NCBI GenBank assembly: GCA_963805625.1
Contig: CAWDVE010000021.1
Location: forward strand, 96,001 to 160,000
Source: an uncultured Candidatus Rokubacteria bacterium
GTDB taxonomy: Bacteria > Methylomirabilota > Methylomirabilia > Rokubacteriales > DASRDR01
Direction of reading: 5' to 3'
Length of the DNA: 64,000 nt
The notes beneath the pieces are model-generated. The model saw nothing but the letters and a program-made list of their open reading frames with translations, made no database searches and was not told the origin of the DNA. How positions within the stretch are numbered: position 1 is the stretch's first letter; each line of letters starts with the position of its first letter. Below, piece by piece: positions 17,697-28,333 of this stretch. Position numbers and translations under genes: made by a program.

Positions 17697-18442
17697 GCGT
17701 CCCTCGTGGCCTCCACGGAGGCCGGGGTCGCCGTCGGCTCGTCGTCCTCCTCCTCCGCGCCCGCGGGCGTGAACAGGTCGAAGTGGTCGCGGAGAAGCTT
17801 CGACGCCTGGAGGAAGGCATGGTCCGGCCCGATGCTACCGTCCGTCGCGATCTCGACCACAAGCTTCTCGTAGTCGGTGATGTTACCGAGCCGCGACATC
17901 TCGACGTGGTAGTTCACGCGCCGGATCGGCGAGAACGCCGCGTCGAGGCCGATCGCCCCGGACGGGATTGCATCCCCGTGCCGGTCGGCGGAGACGTACC
18001 CCCGGCCGGCGCGGATGCCGATGTCCAGCGTGAGCTTCCCTCCGGCCGCCACGGTGGCGAGGTGCAGGTCGGGCGTCACCACCCCGATGCCCTCCCCGGT
18101 GAAGTCGGCACCGGTCGCGGCCCGCGGCCCCCGCACCTCGAGGTGAGCGCTCCCCGTCTCGGCGTTGCCGGCAAGCCGCACCACCATCTTCTTCAGGTTG
18201 AGCAAGAGGTGCGCGAGATCCTCCTCGACCCCGGAGATGCGCTCGGCCCCGGCGCTCACCCCGGCGACCTTGACCCACACCGGGGCGGTCCCCGGAATCG
18301 CCGAGAGCAGCACCCGGCGGAGCGAGCCGCCGACCGTCAGTGCGTAGCCCTTCTCGAACGGCTCGGCCGTCATGCGGCCAAAAGTCGCCGTCAAGTCTTC
18401 CCATTCAATGCGACGTGGACGTTGGAACATCAACCGCGGCAT
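17693..18442 (-). CDS. rpoA: RNA polymerase alpha subunit, divergent, N-terminal domain only (no alpha-CTD)
   Basis: EPFEKGY..LRRVLLS, GVEED, GRGYV, DAAFSPIRRVNY, TDYEKL; lies between rpsD and rplQ; 249 aa. Confidence 0.93.
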   Translation of the reverse strand: MPRLMFQRPRRIEWEDLTATFGRMTAEPFEKGYALTVGGSLRRVLLSAIPGTAPVWVKVAGVSAGAERISGVEEDLAHLLLNLKKMVVRLAGNAETGSAHLEVRGPRAATGADFTGEGIGVVTPDLHLATVAAGGKLTLDIGIRAGRGYVSADRHGDAIPSGAIGLDAAFSPIRRVNYHVEMSRLGNITDYEKLVVEIATDGSIGPDHAFLQASKLLRDHFDLFTPAGAEEEDDEPTATPASVEATRDA

Positions 18443-18455
18443 GCGCCCGCCCCTC

Positions 18456-19079
18456 TTACTTCGAGTACAGCTCGACGATGAGCTGCTCTTGCACCGGAAT
18501 CTGGATGTCGTCGCGGAGCGGCAGGCTCCGGACGGTCCCCGACTTTCCGGGGGCCGCCAGCTCGAGCCACTGGGGCACGTGGCCCCGACCGGCCGACAGG
18601 TTGTCGGCCACCCGCTCCTGGAGCTTCGAGGTCGTCCGCAGCTGCACCTGGTCGCCCACGCGCACCAGGAACGACGGGACCGACACGCGGCGCCCGCTCA
18701 CCTGGAAATGACCGTGCGCCACCATCTGACGCGCCTCCGCCCGGGAGGCGGCGAAGCCCAGCCGGAAGACCACGTTGTCGAGCCGTCGCTCGAGCAGCCG
18801 CAGCAGGTTCTCGCCCGTCACGCCCTTCTGGCCGTCCGCCTGGGCGAAGTAGCGCCGGAACTGACCCTCGAGCAGGCCGTAGATGCGCTTGGCCTTCTGC
18901 TTCTCACGCAGCTGCTGCCCGTAGGCCGACTGCTTGGACCGGCCCAGGCCATGCTGGCCCGGCGGGTAGTTGCGGCGCTCGATGGCGCACTTGTCCGTGA
19001 AGCAGCGGGAGCCCTTCAGGAAGAGCTTCAGTCCCTCCCGCCGGCACAGGCGGCAGACCGCATCGTTGTACCTTGCCAA
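18456..19079 (-). CDS. rpsD: 30S ribosomal protein S4 (Zn-binding form)
   Basis: [26 protein letters not shown]; TTG start. Confidence 0.98.
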   Translation of the reverse strand: MARYNDAVCRLCRREGLKLFLKGSRCFTDKCAIERRNYPPGQHGLGRSKQSAYGQQLREKQKAKRIYGLLEGQFRRYFAQADGQKGVTGENLLRLLERRLDNVVFRLGFAASRAEARQMVAHGHFQVSGRRVSVPSFLVRVGDQVQLRTTSKLQERVADNLSAGRGHVPQWLELAAPGKSGTVRSLPLRDDIQIPVQEQLIVELYSK

Positions 19080-19094
19080 CTCCTATCCTCCTCG

Positions 19095-19499
19095 TTACAC
19101 CCGGCGGCGCTTGGGCGGCCGGCAGCCGTCGTGCGGGATCGGCGTGACGTCGTGGATCGCCGTGATCTCCAGGCCCACCGCCTGGAGCGAGCGGATCGCT
19201 GCTTCCCGGCCCGCGCCGGGGCCCTTCACGTAGACCTCGACCTGCTTGAGTCCGATCTCCATCGCCTTCCGCGCCGCCGACTCGGCTGCCATCTGCGCGG
19301 CGAACGGGGTGCTCTTGCGGGAGCCCTTGAAGCCCACGCTCCCCGCGCTCGCCCACGCCACCACTCCGCCCATCTTGTCCGTGAGCGTCACGACCGTGTT
19401 GTTGAAGGTCGCCTGCACGTGCGCGATACCCGTGCGGACCTCCCGTCGTTCCTTCCGCTTCCCGCTCTTGCGCGGCTTGCCGGTCCCCGCCTCAGCCAT
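19095..19499 (-). CDS. rpsK: 30S ribosomal protein S11
   Basis: [35 protein letters not shown]. Confidence 0.98.
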   Translation of the reverse strand: MAEAGTGKPRKSGKRKERREVRTGIAHVQATFNNTVVTLTDKMGGVVAWASAGSVGFKGSRKSTPFAAQMAAESAARKAMEIGLKQVEVYVKGPGAGREAAIRSLQAVGLEITAIHDVTPIPHDGCRPPKRRRV

Positions 19500-19505
19500 G
19501 TCGTC

Positions 19506-19907
19506 CTACGCCTTCCCCGTCGTCGGGTTCTTGCTCGTGGCCTTCTTCCGGATGCCGACACCGCGCCGCGGGCCCTTCCGGGTTCGCGCGTTGGTGTGGG
19601 TCCGCTGCCCGCGGACGGGCAGGCCCTTTCGGTGCCGAACCCCGCGGTAGCTGCCGATGTCCATGAGCCGCTTGATGTTCATGGTGACCTCGCGCCGCAG
19701 GTCGCCCTCGACCCGCTGCTCGCGATCGATCACCTCACGGACGCGCGCGGTCTCGTCCTCGGTCCATTCCCGGACTCGGCGGTTCATATCCACGCCGGCC
19801 CGGGCCAGGATGCGACGAGCCGACGAGCGCCCGATGCCCAGGATGTACGTCAAGGAAACCTCACCCCGCTTGTCCCGAGGCAGATCCACTCCAGCCACGC
19901 GTGCCAT
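19506..19907 (-). CDS. rpsM: 30S ribosomal protein S13
   Basis: [27 protein letters not shown]. Confidence 0.98.
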   Translation of the reverse strand: MARVAGVDLPRDKRGEVSLTYILGIGRSSARRILARAGVDMNRRVREWTEDETARVREVIDREQRVEGDLRREVTMNIKRLMDIGSYRGVRHRKGLPVRGQRTHTNARTRKGPRRGVGIRKKATSKNPTTGKA

Positions 19908-19930
19908 ATGCCTGTCCTCTCCGCCGCGCG

Positions 19931-20044
19931 TCAGCCCTGGCGCTGCTTGTGGCGCGGGTTCGTGCAGATGACGCGCACGACGCCCTTGCGCCGAATCACC
20001 TTGCACTTCTCACATCGCGTCCTGACCGACGGTCGTACCTTCAT
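19931..20044 (-). CDS. rpmJ: 50S ribosomal protein L36 (not in ORF track)
   Basis: Hand translation [37 protein letters not shown]. Confidence 0.97.
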   Translation of the reverse strand: MKVRPSVRTRCEKCKVIRRKGVVRVICTNPRHKQRQG

Positions 20045-20081
20045 CGAGTGCTCCGTCCGCTCTTCTTCACCCAGGCTCCGG

Positions 20082-20348
20082 CTACTTGAACCGGTATGTG
20101 ATCCGGCCCCGCGTCAGGTCGTAAGCCGACAGCTCGACCTTGACCCGGTCCCCGGGCAGAATCCGGATAAAGTGCATGCGCATCTTGCCCGAGACGTGCG
20201 TCAGCACACGGTGCCCATTGTCCAGCTCGACGCGAAACATGGCGTTCGGCAGGGGCTCGACCACCTTGCCTTCCACCTCGATCGCGTCGTCCTTCGGCTT
20301 CTTGCCCTCTCGCTCCTCGGGGAACTGGCCGCGCCGGCGCCTCGCCAT
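20082..20348 (-). CDS. infA: Translation initiation factor IF-1 with N-terminal extension
   Basis: [31 protein letters not shown]; TGATG overlap with the map stop. Confidence 0.95.
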   Translation of the reverse strand: MARRRRGQFPEEREGKKPKDDAIEVEGKVVEPLPNAMFRVELDNGHRVLTHVSGKMRMHFIRILPGDRVKVELSAYDLTRGRITYRFK

Positions 20349-21112
20349 CAGGCCGCCTCCCTCACGTCCGCGGTAAGCACGTCCGGGCCGTGCTCCGTGA
20401 CCGCCACGGTGTGCTCGAAGTGCGCCGCCAGGCTCCCGTCCGCGGTCACCGCCGTCCACCGGTCCGCCAGCACGCGCACCTCCCAGTGCCCCATCGTGAC
20501 CATGGGCTCGAGGGCGAGCACCATGCCGACCCGGAGGAGCGGCCCCCGGCCGGGCTCCCCGAAGTTCGGCACCTGGGGGTCCTCGTGAAGCGCCCGGCCG
20601 ATGCCGTGGCCCACGAAGGCTCGCACCACCCCGAAGCCCGCTCCCTCCACGTGCTGCTGGACCGCCGCCGACACGTCACCAAGGCGCTGCCCGGGGCGGC
20701 ACTGCGCGATGGCCAGCAGGAGGGACTCCCGTGTCACCTCCAGGAGGCGGCGGACCTCGTCGGTGACCTCGCCGACCGGCAGAGTCACCGCCGCGTCGGC
20801 GTAGTAGCCCTCCACGATCGCCCCCAGGTCGAGGCCGATGATGTCCCCCTCCCGAAGCCGGCGCCGCGCCGCGGGAATCCCGTGGACGACCTCCTCGTTG
20901 ATCGAAGCGCAGATCGTGGCCGGGAATCCCCGGTACCCCTTGAAGGCCGGCTTCGCCTTGCGGTTCCGGATCAGGGCCTCCACCTCGCGATCGATCTCGA
21001 GGGTCGAGACGCCCGGCTTCACCATATCGCGGCACACTCGGAAGGCGTCCGCCAGGATCCGGCCGGCCTCCCGCATGTGGGCAATCTGGGTAGGCGACTT
21101 CAGCTCGATCAC
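20348..21112 (-). CDS. map: Methionine aminopeptidase type I
   Basis: [29 protein letters not shown]. Confidence 0.97.
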   Translation of the reverse strand: MIELKSPTQIAHMREAGRILADAFRVCRDMVKPGVSTLEIDREVEALIRNRKAKPAFKGYRGFPATICASINEEVVHGIPAARRRLREGDIIGLDLGAIVEGYYADAAVTLPVGEVTDEVRRLLEVTRESLLLAIAQCRPGQRLGDVSAAVQQHVEGAGFGVVRAFVGHGIGRALHEDPQVPNFGEPGRGPLLRVGMVLALEPMVTMGHWEVRVLADRWTAVTADGSLAAHFEHTVAVTEHGPDVLTADVREAA

Positions 21113-21759
21113 CGCGGGCCCTCGGTCGCCTTGACGAGGTCGGCGTGGACTGTATCCATCGGTCCGGCGCCGGAGATCGTCGTCAGGAGGCCGCGCCGCC
21201 GGTAGTACTCGACGAGGGGCCGGGTGTCCCGGGCGTACACGGCGAGCCGCCGCCGGACGGTGGCTTCCTCGTCGTCCGTCCGCTGGTAAAGCTCCCCGCC
21301 ACAGTGGTCGCAGCGGCCCGCCACGTGGGGCGCCGAGAGCGTGATGTGGTAGTTCCGGCCGCAGCTCCGGCAGACCCGACGCCCGCTGAGCCGCGCCACC
21401 GGCTCCTCGTCCGCGACCTGGAAAAGCACCACCCGGTCGAGCGGCGTCCCCTCGGCCTCGAGCAGCTGGTCGAGCGCCTCCGCCTGCGCCGCCGTCCGCG
21501 GGAAGCCATCCAGGACGAACCCCTTCCGGCCGTCCGGCTGGGCCAGCCGTTCGCGGACGAGTCCGATGATCACCGCGTCGGGGACCAGTTCGCCCGCATC
21601 CATGTAGCGTCGCGCCTCGAGCCCGAGCCGCGTGCCCTTGGCGACCGCCTCCCGCAGCATGTCCCCGGTCGCGACCTGCGGCACGCTCCAGCGCGTGGCG
21701 AGCCGACGCGCCTGCGTCCCCTTCCCTGCCCCTGGCGGCCCCAGCAGCACGACCCGCAT
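21109..21759 (-). CDS. adk: Adenylate kinase (Zn-lid form)
   Basis: GPPGAGKGTQA, LDGFPRT, CRSC..CDHC lid. Confidence 0.97.
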   Translation of the reverse strand: MRVVLLGPPGAGKGTQARRLATRWSVPQVATGDMLREAVAKGTRLGLEARRYMDAGELVPDAVIIGLVRERLAQPDGRKGFVLDGFPRTAAQAEALDQLLEAEGTPLDRVVLFQVADEEPVARLSGRRVCRSCGRNYHITLSAPHVAGRCDHCGGELYQRTDDEEATVRRRLAVYARDTRPLVEYYRRRGLLTTISGAGPMDTVHADLVKATEGPR

Positions 21760-21760
21760 C

Positions 21761-23083
21761 TCAGGCACGGACCTTCGTGCGGCGACGCAGGAAGCCCTCG
21801 TAGTGCCGCATCAGGAGGTGCGACTCCATCTGCCGCACCGTGTCGAGAGCGACGCCCACGACGATCAGGAGGCTCGTGCCCCCGAAGTAGAAGGGCACGT
21901 TGAACGCCCGGATCAGGAAGTCCGGCAACACGGAGATCAGGGCGAGAAACATCGCGCCGGGCAGCGTGATCCGCGTGAGGACCCGGTCGATGAACTCGGC
22001 CGTCTTCTTGCCGGGCCGCACCCCTGGGATGAATCCGCCGTACTTCTTCATGTTGTCCGCGAGATCGTTCGGATTGAAGATGATGGCGGTGTAGAAGTAC
22101 GTGAAGAAGACGATGAAGCCCATGTAGAGGATGTAGTAGAGCCCGTGGCGCGGGAGCGGCCCCGGGGACAGCGCGTCGGACACCACCTGCATCCACCAGG
22201 TGGGAATGAATCGCGCCAGCGTCGCCGGGAACAGGATCAGCGACGAGGCAAAAATCACCGGAATCACACCGGCCGTGTTGATCCGGAGCGGGATGTGGGT
22301 CGACTGCCCCCCATACACCCGCCGGCCGACGACCCGCTTGGCGTACTGGACCTGGATTTTTCGCTGCCCCTCCTGCATGACGATGACCGCCGCGGTCACC
22401 GCGAGCATGAGCGCGACGACCCCGAGGAGCGCGAGGGGCTTCATCTCCCCCGTCCGCAGCAGCTGGTAGGTCCCTTCCAGGGCCGAGGGCAGCCGCACCA
22501 CGATGCCGGCAAAAATGATCAGCGAGATGCCGTTCCCGATCCCCTTCTCGGAGATCTGCTCGCCGAGCCACATGATCAGCGCGGTCCCCGACGTCAGGGT
22601 CATCATCGTGATCAGGCGGAAGGCCCAGCCCTTGTTCGGCACCAGGGTGGCCCCGCCCGCGTCCATGCTCTCGAGCCCGATGGCGATGAACAGGGACTGG
22701 AACGCCGAGAGCACGATGGTGCCGTAGCGCGTGTACTGGGTGATCTTCTTGCGACCCGCCTCCCCTTCCTTGGCCAGCCGCTCCAGCGCCGGCACGACGA
22801 CCGTCAGGAGCTGGAGGATGATCGAGGCGGAGATGTAGGGCATGATCCCGAGTGCGAACACCGTGAGGCTGCGGAGGTTGCCGCCCGAGAAGAGGTCGAC
22901 CAGTCCCAGCAGGGTTCCCTGGACGCTGTCGAAGAACCGCGAGAGCGCCGCCGCGTCCACGCCCGGGGTGGGTACGTGCGCGCCGAGCCGGTACGCGGCC
23001 AAGAGTCCGGCCGTCACCAGGAGCCGGCGCTTGAGCTCCGGGATCTTGGTGACGTTCTGGAGGTTCTGGAGGATCTCGATCAC
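21761..23083 (-). CDS. secY: Preprotein translocase SecY
   Basis: FALGIMPYISASII, GIGNGISLIIF, FGGTSLLIVVGV; GTG overlaps the rplO stop. Confidence 0.98.
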   Translation of the reverse strand: MIEILQNLQNVTKIPELKRRLLVTAGLLAAYRLGAHVPTPGVDAAALSRFFDSVQGTLLGLVDLFSGGNLRSLTVFALGIMPYISASIILQLLTVVVPALERLAKEGEAGRKKITQYTRYGTIVLSAFQSLFIAIGLESMDAGGATLVPNKGWAFRLITMMTLTSGTALIMWLGEQISEKGIGNGISLIIFAGIVVRLPSALEGTYQLLRTGEMKPLALLGVVALMLAVTAAVIVMQEGQRKIQVQYAKRVVGRRVYGGQSTHIPLRINTAGVIPVIFASSLILFPATLARFIPTWWMQVVSDALSPGPLPRHGLYYILYMGFIVFFTYFYTAIIFNPNDLADNMKKYGGFIPGVRPGKKTAEFIDRVLTRITLPGAMFLALISVLPDFLIRAFNVPFYFGGTSLLIVVGVALDTVRQMESHLLMRHYEGFLRRRTKVRA

Positions 23084-23538
23084 GCCGGCAGCACCTCGGC
23101 GCGGCCGCCGGCCGCCGCGATCTTGGCCGCCGCCGCCTTCGAGAAGGCGTGGGCGCGGACGGTGAGCACAGTTCCGGCGGCGAGTTCGCCGTCGGCCAGC
23201 ACCTTGACCAGGCGACTCGCCCGCGTGGCCAGGAGCCCCGCGCCGACGAGGGCCTCGGGCCCGACGTCGCCGCCCTTCGGGAAGCACCGGGCAAGGTCGC
23301 TCACGTTGACCACCGTGAACTCGCGATGGAACGGGTTCTTGAAGCCCCGCTTGGGGATCCGCCGATAGAGCGGCATCTGCCCGCCCTCGAAGCCGGGTCC
23401 CTTGCCGCCCCCCGAGCGCGCCTTGTGCCCCTTGTGCCCCTTCGTTGAGGTCTTGCCGTGGCCCGACGCGGGGCCGCGGCCCACGCGCTTGCGCCGCTTC
23501 CGGGCCCCGCGCGGAGGCCGGAGATCGCCGAGCTTCAT
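23080..23538 (-). CDS. rplO: 50S ribosomal protein L15
   Basis: RVGRG..SGHGKT, GFEGGQMPLYRRIPKRGF. Confidence 0.98.
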   Translation of the reverse strand: MKLGDLRPPRGARKRRKRVGRGPASGHGKTSTKGHKGHKARSGGGKGPGFEGGQMPLYRRIPKRGFKNPFHREFTVVNVSDLARCFPKGGDVGPEALVGAGLLATRASRLVKVLADGELAAGTVLTVRAHAFSKAAAAKIAAAGGRAEVLPA

Positions 23539-23795
23539 GCGGAGCGCTCCTTCGACGTTGGCGATTTCGTGTCGCGATGGCTCCGCCCGGCCACCGGCGT
23601 GTCGTGGCTCTCGACAGGCTCGACCCGGACGGCGTATGGCACGCGCGCGATCATGCCCCGGATCACAGGCGTGTCGTCGTGGACCACCGTCGCGCGGATC
23701 CGGCGGAGACCGAGGGCCTGGAGCGTCCGCACGTGGCCCGGCTTCAGCCCGATCGAGCTGCGCGTGAGGGTGACCTTAAGCTTCCTGCTTGGCAA
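23535..23795 (-). CDS. rpmD: 50S ribosomal protein L30 with about 25-aa C-terminal extension
   Basis: [26 protein letters not shown]; TTG start inside the rpsE 3' end with GGAGG SD. Confidence 0.95.
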   Translation of the reverse strand: MPSRKLKVTLTRSSIGLKPGHVRTLQALGLRRIRATVVHDDTPVIRGMIARVPYAVRVEPVESHDTPVAGRSHRDTKSPTSKERSA

Positions 23796-24306
23796 GGACG
23801 GCCTCCTCCGCTTCCTGCAGGCCCTTCCGCCGGAGCCCCTGGAGATCCTGGAGCTTCCGGATCCGCCGGAGCGCGTCCAGCGTCGCCTTCAGCACGTTGT
23901 GCGGGTTGTGCGAGCCCAGCGTCTTGGTCAGGACGTCCTGGATGCCGGCGGCCTCGAGCACCGCCCGGACCGCGCCGCCGGCGATCAGACCCGTCCCCTG
24001 TGTCGCCGGACGCAGGAACACCCGCCCCGAGCCGTAGTGGCCGGTGATCTCGCAGGGCAGCGTCGTGTCGCGGATCGGCACGTAGAGCAGGTCCTTCTTC
24101 GCGTGCTCGACAGCCTTCCGGATCGCCTCGGGCACCTCGTGCGCCTTGCCCAGGCCCACCCCCACGTGCCCCCCGCCGTCACCCACGACGACGAGCGCGG
24201 TGAAGGAGAATCGGCGCCCGCCCTTCACCACCTTGGCCACGCGGTTGATGGCGACCACCTTGTCCTTCAGCTCGAGCCCGCTCGGATCGATGCGCCCCTC
24301 CGCCAT
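23776..24306 (-). CDS. rpsE: 30S ribosomal protein S5
   Basis: [24 protein letters not shown]. Confidence 0.98.
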   Translation of the reverse strand: MAEGRIDPSGLELKDKVVAINRVAKVVKGGRRFSFTALVVVGDGGGHVGVGLGKAHEVPEAIRKAVEHAKKDLLYVPIRDTTLPCEITGHYGSGRVFLRPATQGTGLIAGGAVRAVLEAAGIQDVLTKTLGSHNPHNVLKATLDALRRIRKLQDLQGLRRKGLQEAEEAVLAKQEA

Positions 24307-24330
24307 GTGCTCTCCAGTCGTACCAGGTCG

Positions 24331-24696
24331 CTAGAACACGAGACCCGCGGCACGCGCCGCGTCCGCCAGGGCCTTCACGCGGCCGTGGTACTTGTATCCG
24401 CCGCGGTCGAACACGACCGCCGCGACTCCGCCGGCCTTGGCCTTCCGGGCGATCAGCTCACCCACCGCCTTCGCCGCCGCCACGTTGCCGCCCGAGCGCA
24501 GCGTGTCCTTGAGCTCGGGCGACAGGCTACCCGCGGCCGCGACCGTGACGCCCCGGTCGTCGTCCACCACCTGGGCGTAGATGTGCTTGACGCTCCGGAA
24601 CACCACCAGGCGAGGGCGCCCCTCCGACCCGCGCACGACGCGCCGGATGCGGCGGTGCCGATTCGCCCGACCTTCCACGCGCTCTGTCACACCCAC
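24331..24696 (-). CDS. rplR: 50S ribosomal protein L18
   Basis: [27 protein letters not shown]. Confidence 0.98.
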   Translation of the reverse strand: MGVTERVEGRANRHRRIRRVVRGSEGRPRLVVFRSVKHIYAQVVDDDRGVTVAAAGSLSPELKDTLRSGGNVAAAKAVGELIARKAKAGGVAAVVFDRGGYKYHGRVKALADAARAAGLVF

Positions 24697-24723
24697 CGTC
24701 GTCTCTCCTCGGGGAATCGCCGG

Positions 24724-25263
24724 CTACTTCGCGCCGGTCTTCCCGACCTTCTTGCGGACCACTTCGCCCGCGTACCGGACACCCTTGCCCTTGTAGGAGT
24801 CGGGCGGGCGGAGGGCCCGGAGCTGCGCGGCCGTCTGACCGACGAGATACTTGTCCACGCCGCGGAGCGTGATCGCCGTCTGCTTCTCGACCTCGGCGGT
24901 CACCCCCTCCGGCAGCGCGAACACGATCGGGTGCGAGTAGCCCAGGGCGAACGTGAGGTTGCGCCCGGCCTGCTGGACCCGGTAGCCGATCCCCTGGATC
25001 TCGAGCTTCCGCTCGAAACCCTGGGTGACGCCCTGAACCATGTTCGCGACCAGCGCACGGGTGAGCCCGTGAAGCGCCCGCGCTGACCGGCTCTCGGCCC
25101 CGCGCCCCACCACCAGCGTGCCGTCGGCGACCTTCACCGAGCAGAGCTCATGGACCTTGAGCTCGAGGCGGCCCTTGGGACCCTTGACCTCGACCTGCTG
25201 CCCCTGGACGCCCACCTGCACGCCCTTGGGGATCGCGATCGGCTTCCTGCCTATCCTCGACAT
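24724..25263 (-). CDS. rplF: 50S ribosomal protein L6
   Basis: [23 protein letters not shown]. Confidence 0.98.
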   Translation of the reverse strand: MSRIGRKPIAIPKGVQVGVQGQQVEVKGPKGRLELKVHELCSVKVADGTLVVGRGAESRSARALHGLTRALVANMVQGVTQGFERKLEIQGIGYRVQQAGRNLTFALGYSHPIVFALPEGVTAEVEKQTAITLRGVDKYLVGQTAAQLRALRPPDSYKGKGVRYAGEVVRKKVGKTGAK

Positions 25264-25303
25264 CGCCCCGTCCCTCGCCCCACACGCGGCCCCGCGGGCC
25301 GCG

Positions 25304-25705
25304 CTACCAGACGTAGCAGAGAACCTCCCCACCCACCTTGGCCTTGCGGGACTCCCGGTCCGTGAGCACGCCCTGCGGGGTGGACAGGATCGCCACGCCC
25401 ATCCCTCCGAGCACGCTCGGGATCCGGTCCGCGCCCACGTACCGTCGCCGCCCCGGCTTCGAGACACGCCGGAGCCCGCTGATCACCCGCTCCTGCCCCG
25501 GCCCGTACTTCAGGTAGATGCGCAGCACGCCCTGCCGCTTGTCCTCGATGAGGCGGAAGTTCTTGATAAACCCCTCCTCCTTGAGGATCTCCGCGAGCCG
25601 CACCCGCAGCTTCGAGGAGGGGATGTCCACCTTCTCGTGCTCGGCCAGGCTGCCGTTGCGGATTCGCGCCAGCATGTCCGCCACCGGATCCGTCACCATC
25701 GCCAT
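25304..25705 (-). CDS. rpsH: 30S ribosomal protein S8
   Basis: [29 protein letters not shown]. Confidence 0.98.
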   Translation of the reverse strand: MAMVTDPVADMLARIRNGSLAEHEKVDIPSSKLRVRLAEILKEEGFIKNFRLIEDKRQGVLRIYLKYGPGQERVISGLRRVSKPGRRRYVGADRIPSVLGGMGVAILSTPQGVLTDRESRKAKVGGEVLCYVW

Positions 25706-25727
25706 GGATCGCTCTCCCTCGGGGCGG

Positions 25728-25913
25728 CTACCAGGAGGCCTTCACCACGCCCGGGATCTCGCCCCGCAGGGCCAGGTTCCGAAAGCAGATTCGGCACAGC
25801 TGGAACTTGCGGAGATACCCGCGCGGGCGCCCACACAGCCGGCAACGCGTGTAGCTGCGCGCCTTGAACTTCGGAACACTCCGCTGCTTGTTGATCAGGG
25901 ACGTCTTTGCCAT
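25728..25913 (-). CDS. rpsN: 30S ribosomal protein S14 type Z
   Basis: 61 aa; [25 protein letters not shown]. Confidence 0.98.
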   Translation of the reverse strand: MAKTSLINKQRSVPKFKARSYTRCRLCGRPRGYLRKFQLCRICFRNLALRGEIPGVVKASW

Positions 25914-25929
25914 TGGCTCGTTCTCCGCC

Positions 25930-26652
25930 CTACTCGCGGAACGGCACGCCGAGGTGCGTCAGGAGGGCCTTCGCCTCCTCGTCCGTCGCGGCCGTCGTGC
26001 AGATGATGATGTCCATCCCGCGGATCTTGTCGATCTTGTCGTAGTCGATCTCCGGAAAGATGATCTGCTCCTTGAGCCCGAGCGCATAGTTTCCTCGCCC
26101 GTCGAACGACTTCGGGGACACCCCCCGGAAGTCGCGCACCCGTGGGAGGGCCACGCTGACCAGGCGGTCGAGGAACTCGTACATCCGCGCGCCGCGCAGC
26201 GTCGTTTTCGCCCCCACCGGCATCCCGGTTCGCACCTTGAAGGCGGCGATCGATTTCTTCGCCTTCGTGATCACGGCCTTCTGGCCGGTGATCGCCACCA
26301 TGTCGGCGGCGGCGGCGTCCAGCGCCTTCGCGTTCTCCTTGGCCTCGCCGAGCCCCATGTTGAGGACGATCTTCTCGAGGCGCGGCGCCTGGTGCGGGTT
26401 CCGGTAGCCACGCTCCTGCATGAGGGCGGGCACGATGGCGGCTCGGTAGCGCTCGCGCAGCCGCGGCGGGATCTGCCCCATGCTGCGCGACTTGGCCGCA
26501 GGCGCCGCAGGCGCAGCCTTCGCCGCCGCCGGCCCCCCCTTGCCACCGCGCGCGGGCGCCCCCGACTTGCCGCCTCCGGCCGGCTTCGCGCCGGCCGCCT
26601 TCGCGCCGCCCGCCTTGGCCGGAGCGCCCTCAGGCTTGTCTGCCTTCGCCAT
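25930..26652 (-). CDS. rplE: 50S ribosomal protein L5 with long Ala/Lys/Gly/Pro N-terminal extension
   Basis: [28 protein letters not shown]; ATG 26652 is 11 nt after the rplX stop with GGAG SD. Confidence 0.96.
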   Translation of the reverse strand: MAKADKPEGAPAKAGGAKAAGAKPAGGGKSGAPARGGKGGPAAAKAAPAAPAAKSRSMGQIPPRLRERYRAAIVPALMQERGYRNPHQAPRLEKIVLNMGLGEAKENAKALDAAAADMVAITGQKAVITKAKKSIAAFKVRTGMPVGAKTTLRGARMYEFLDRLVSVALPRVRDFRGVSPKSFDGRGNYALGLKEQIIFPEIDYDKIDKIRGMDIIICTTAATDEEAKALLTHLGVPFRE

Positions 26653-26663
26653 CGCGTCTCTCC

Positions 26664-26999
26664 CTAGCTCTTGTCCACGAGCTCGCCGCAGCGCCGGCAC
26701 ACGCGCGCACGGCGGTCGTTCGCCAGCACCCGAATGCCGATCCGGGTCGCCTTGTCGCACTTGCCGCAGACCAGCATCAGGTTCGAGACGTGCAGCGGTG
26801 CCTCGCGCTCGATGATCCCGCCCTGGCGGAGCTTCTGCGTCGGACGCTGGTGCCGCTTGACCATGTTGATGCGCTCGACGACGACGCGTTCTCGGGCTGG
26901 GAGCACGAACAGGACCTTGCCGCGCTTCCCCTTCTCCCGTCCCGCGATGACCAGGACCGTGTCGTTCTTCCGGATTGCCAACGCTCGCGATGCAGGCAT
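26664..26999 (-). CDS. rplX: 50S ribosomal protein L24
   Basis: [31 protein letters not shown]. Confidence 0.97.
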   Translation of the reverse strand: MPASRALAIRKNDTVLVIAGREKGKRGKVLFVLPARERVVVERINMVKRHQRPTQKLRQGGIIEREAPLHVSNLMLVCGKCDKATRIGIRVLANDRRARVCRRCGELVDKS

Positions 27000-27013
27000 T
27001 GATTCAGAGCTCC

Positions 27014-27382
27014 TCACAGAACCTCGGGGGCGAGCGAGATGATCTTCAGGAACTGCCGATCCCGGAGCTCGCGCGCCACAGGTCCGAAGATGCGCGTCCC
27101 GATCGGGTTGTTCTGCGGGTTCAGGAGCACCGCGGCGTTGCGATCGAACTTGATGTGCGAGCCGTCGGGCCGCCGGATCTCCTTCGCCGTTCGCACCACG
27201 ACCGCGCGCGCCACGTCGCCCTTCTTCACGGACCCGTCGGGGGTCGCTTCCTTCACCGCCACGATGATCGTGTCCCCAATCGACGCGTACTTCTTGTTCG
27301 AGCCGCCCATCACCCGGATGCACTGCACCTTCTTGGCGCCCGAGTTATCGGCGACGTCCAGCATCGTCCGCGGTTGAATCAT
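27014..27382 (-). CDS. rplN: 50S ribosomal protein L14
   Basis: [28 protein letters not shown]. Confidence 0.99.
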   Translation of the reverse strand: MIQPRTMLDVADNSGAKKVQCIRVMGGSNKKYASIGDTIIVAVKEATPDGSVKKGDVARAVVVRTAKEIRRPDGSHIKFDRNAAVLLNPQNNPIGTRIFGPVARELRDRQFLKIISLAPEVL

Positions 27383-27406
27383 GGCTGTGCGCTCCCCGGG
27401 GCGGGC

Positions 27407-27649
27407 TCAGAAGGCCCGCCCGAGGATCTCCTTGATCCGCCAATGCTTGTCCTTGGACAGCGGGCGGGTCTCCACGATGAGCACGCGGTCCCCCACGTGC
27501 GCCTCGTTCCGCTCGTCATGCGCCTTGAACCGCGTCGTCCGCTTGATGACGCGCTCGTACTGCGAATGGCGGAAGGAGCGCTCCACCACGACCACTCGCG
27601 TCTTGCTCATCTTGTCGCTGACCACCAGACCGACCCGGGTCTTCAGCAC
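27407..27649 (-). CDS. rpsQ: 30S ribosomal protein S17
   Basis: [22 protein letters not shown]. Confidence 0.98.
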   Translation of the reverse strand: MLKTRVGLVVSDKMSKTRVVVVERSFRHSQYERVIKRTTRFKAHDERNEAHVGDRVLIVETRPLSKDKHWRIKEILGRAF

Positions 27650-27666
27650 GCCTCGCCTCCCCGCGC

Positions 27667-27873
27667 CTAGCCGCGCTGCAGCCCGAGCGTGCGCTCGCGC
27701 AGCAGTGTTTGGACACGGGCGAGCTCGCGCCGGGCCTGGCCGATGCGCGACGGGTTCTTCGCCATCGCCATCGAGACCTGGAAGCGGAGGTTGAAGACCT
27801 CCTCCCGGAGCTCGCGGGCCTTTTGCCCGAGCTCGGTCTCGCTCAGATCGCGCAGCTTTGTCTTTCCCTTCAT
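27667..27873 (-). CDS. rpmC: 50S ribosomal protein L29
   Basis: [20 protein letters not shown]; position in the S10 operon. Confidence 0.96.
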   Translation of the reverse strand: MKGKTKLRDLSETELGQKARELREEVFNLRFQVSMAMAKNPSRIGQARRELARVQTLLRERTLGLQRG

Positions 27874-27910
27874 CGCCTCGCCTCGCTCAGCCCTCTGACG
27901 GCCTGTGGGC

Positions 27911-28324
27911 TCATGCTTGCTCGCGCTTGATCATCTTCGTTCGGATGGGCAGCTTGTTGGCCGCCAGGCGGAACGCCTCCCGCGCGATCTCCTCGGTCAG
28001 CCCCTCCATCTCGTACAGGATCCGGCCGGGCTTGACGACCGCCACCCAGTACTCGGGGTTCCCCTTGCCCTTCCCCATCCGCGTCTCGGCGGGCTTCTTG
28101 GTGAAGGGCTTGTCCGGGAAGACCCGGATCCAGATCTTGCCCCCCCGCTTGACCGCTCGCGTCAGGGCCACGCGGCCCGCTTCGATCTGGCGATTCGTGA
28201 GCCAGCACGGCTCGAGGGCCTTCAGCCCGAAATCGCCAAACGCGAGCGTCGCGCCCCGTTGGGCGGTCCCCTTCATCCGGCCTCGCTGGGCCTTGCGGTA
28301 CTTGACGCGCTTGGGCTGGAGCAT
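27911..28324 (-). CDS. rplP: 50S ribosomal protein L16
   Basis: [31 protein letters not shown]. Confidence 0.99.
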   Translation of the reverse strand: MLQPKRVKYRKAQRGRMKGTAQRGATLAFGDFGLKALEPCWLTNRQIEAGRVALTRAVKRGGKIWIRVFPDKPFTKKPAETRMGKGKGNPEYWVAVVKPGRILYEMEGLTEEIAREAFRLAANKLPIRTKMIKREQA

Positions 28325-28333
28325 CGCGTCCGG

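Noticed and set aside
17693-18442. rpoA as a frameshifted pseudogene
   Set aside because: The ORF is intact, its stop overlaps the rplQ start, and no intervening DNA could encode a CTD in another frame.
20298-20348. MARRRR extensions as Tat signal peptides
   Set aside because: No RRxFLK consensus or hydrophobic h-region, and IF-1 and HisB are cytoplasmic.
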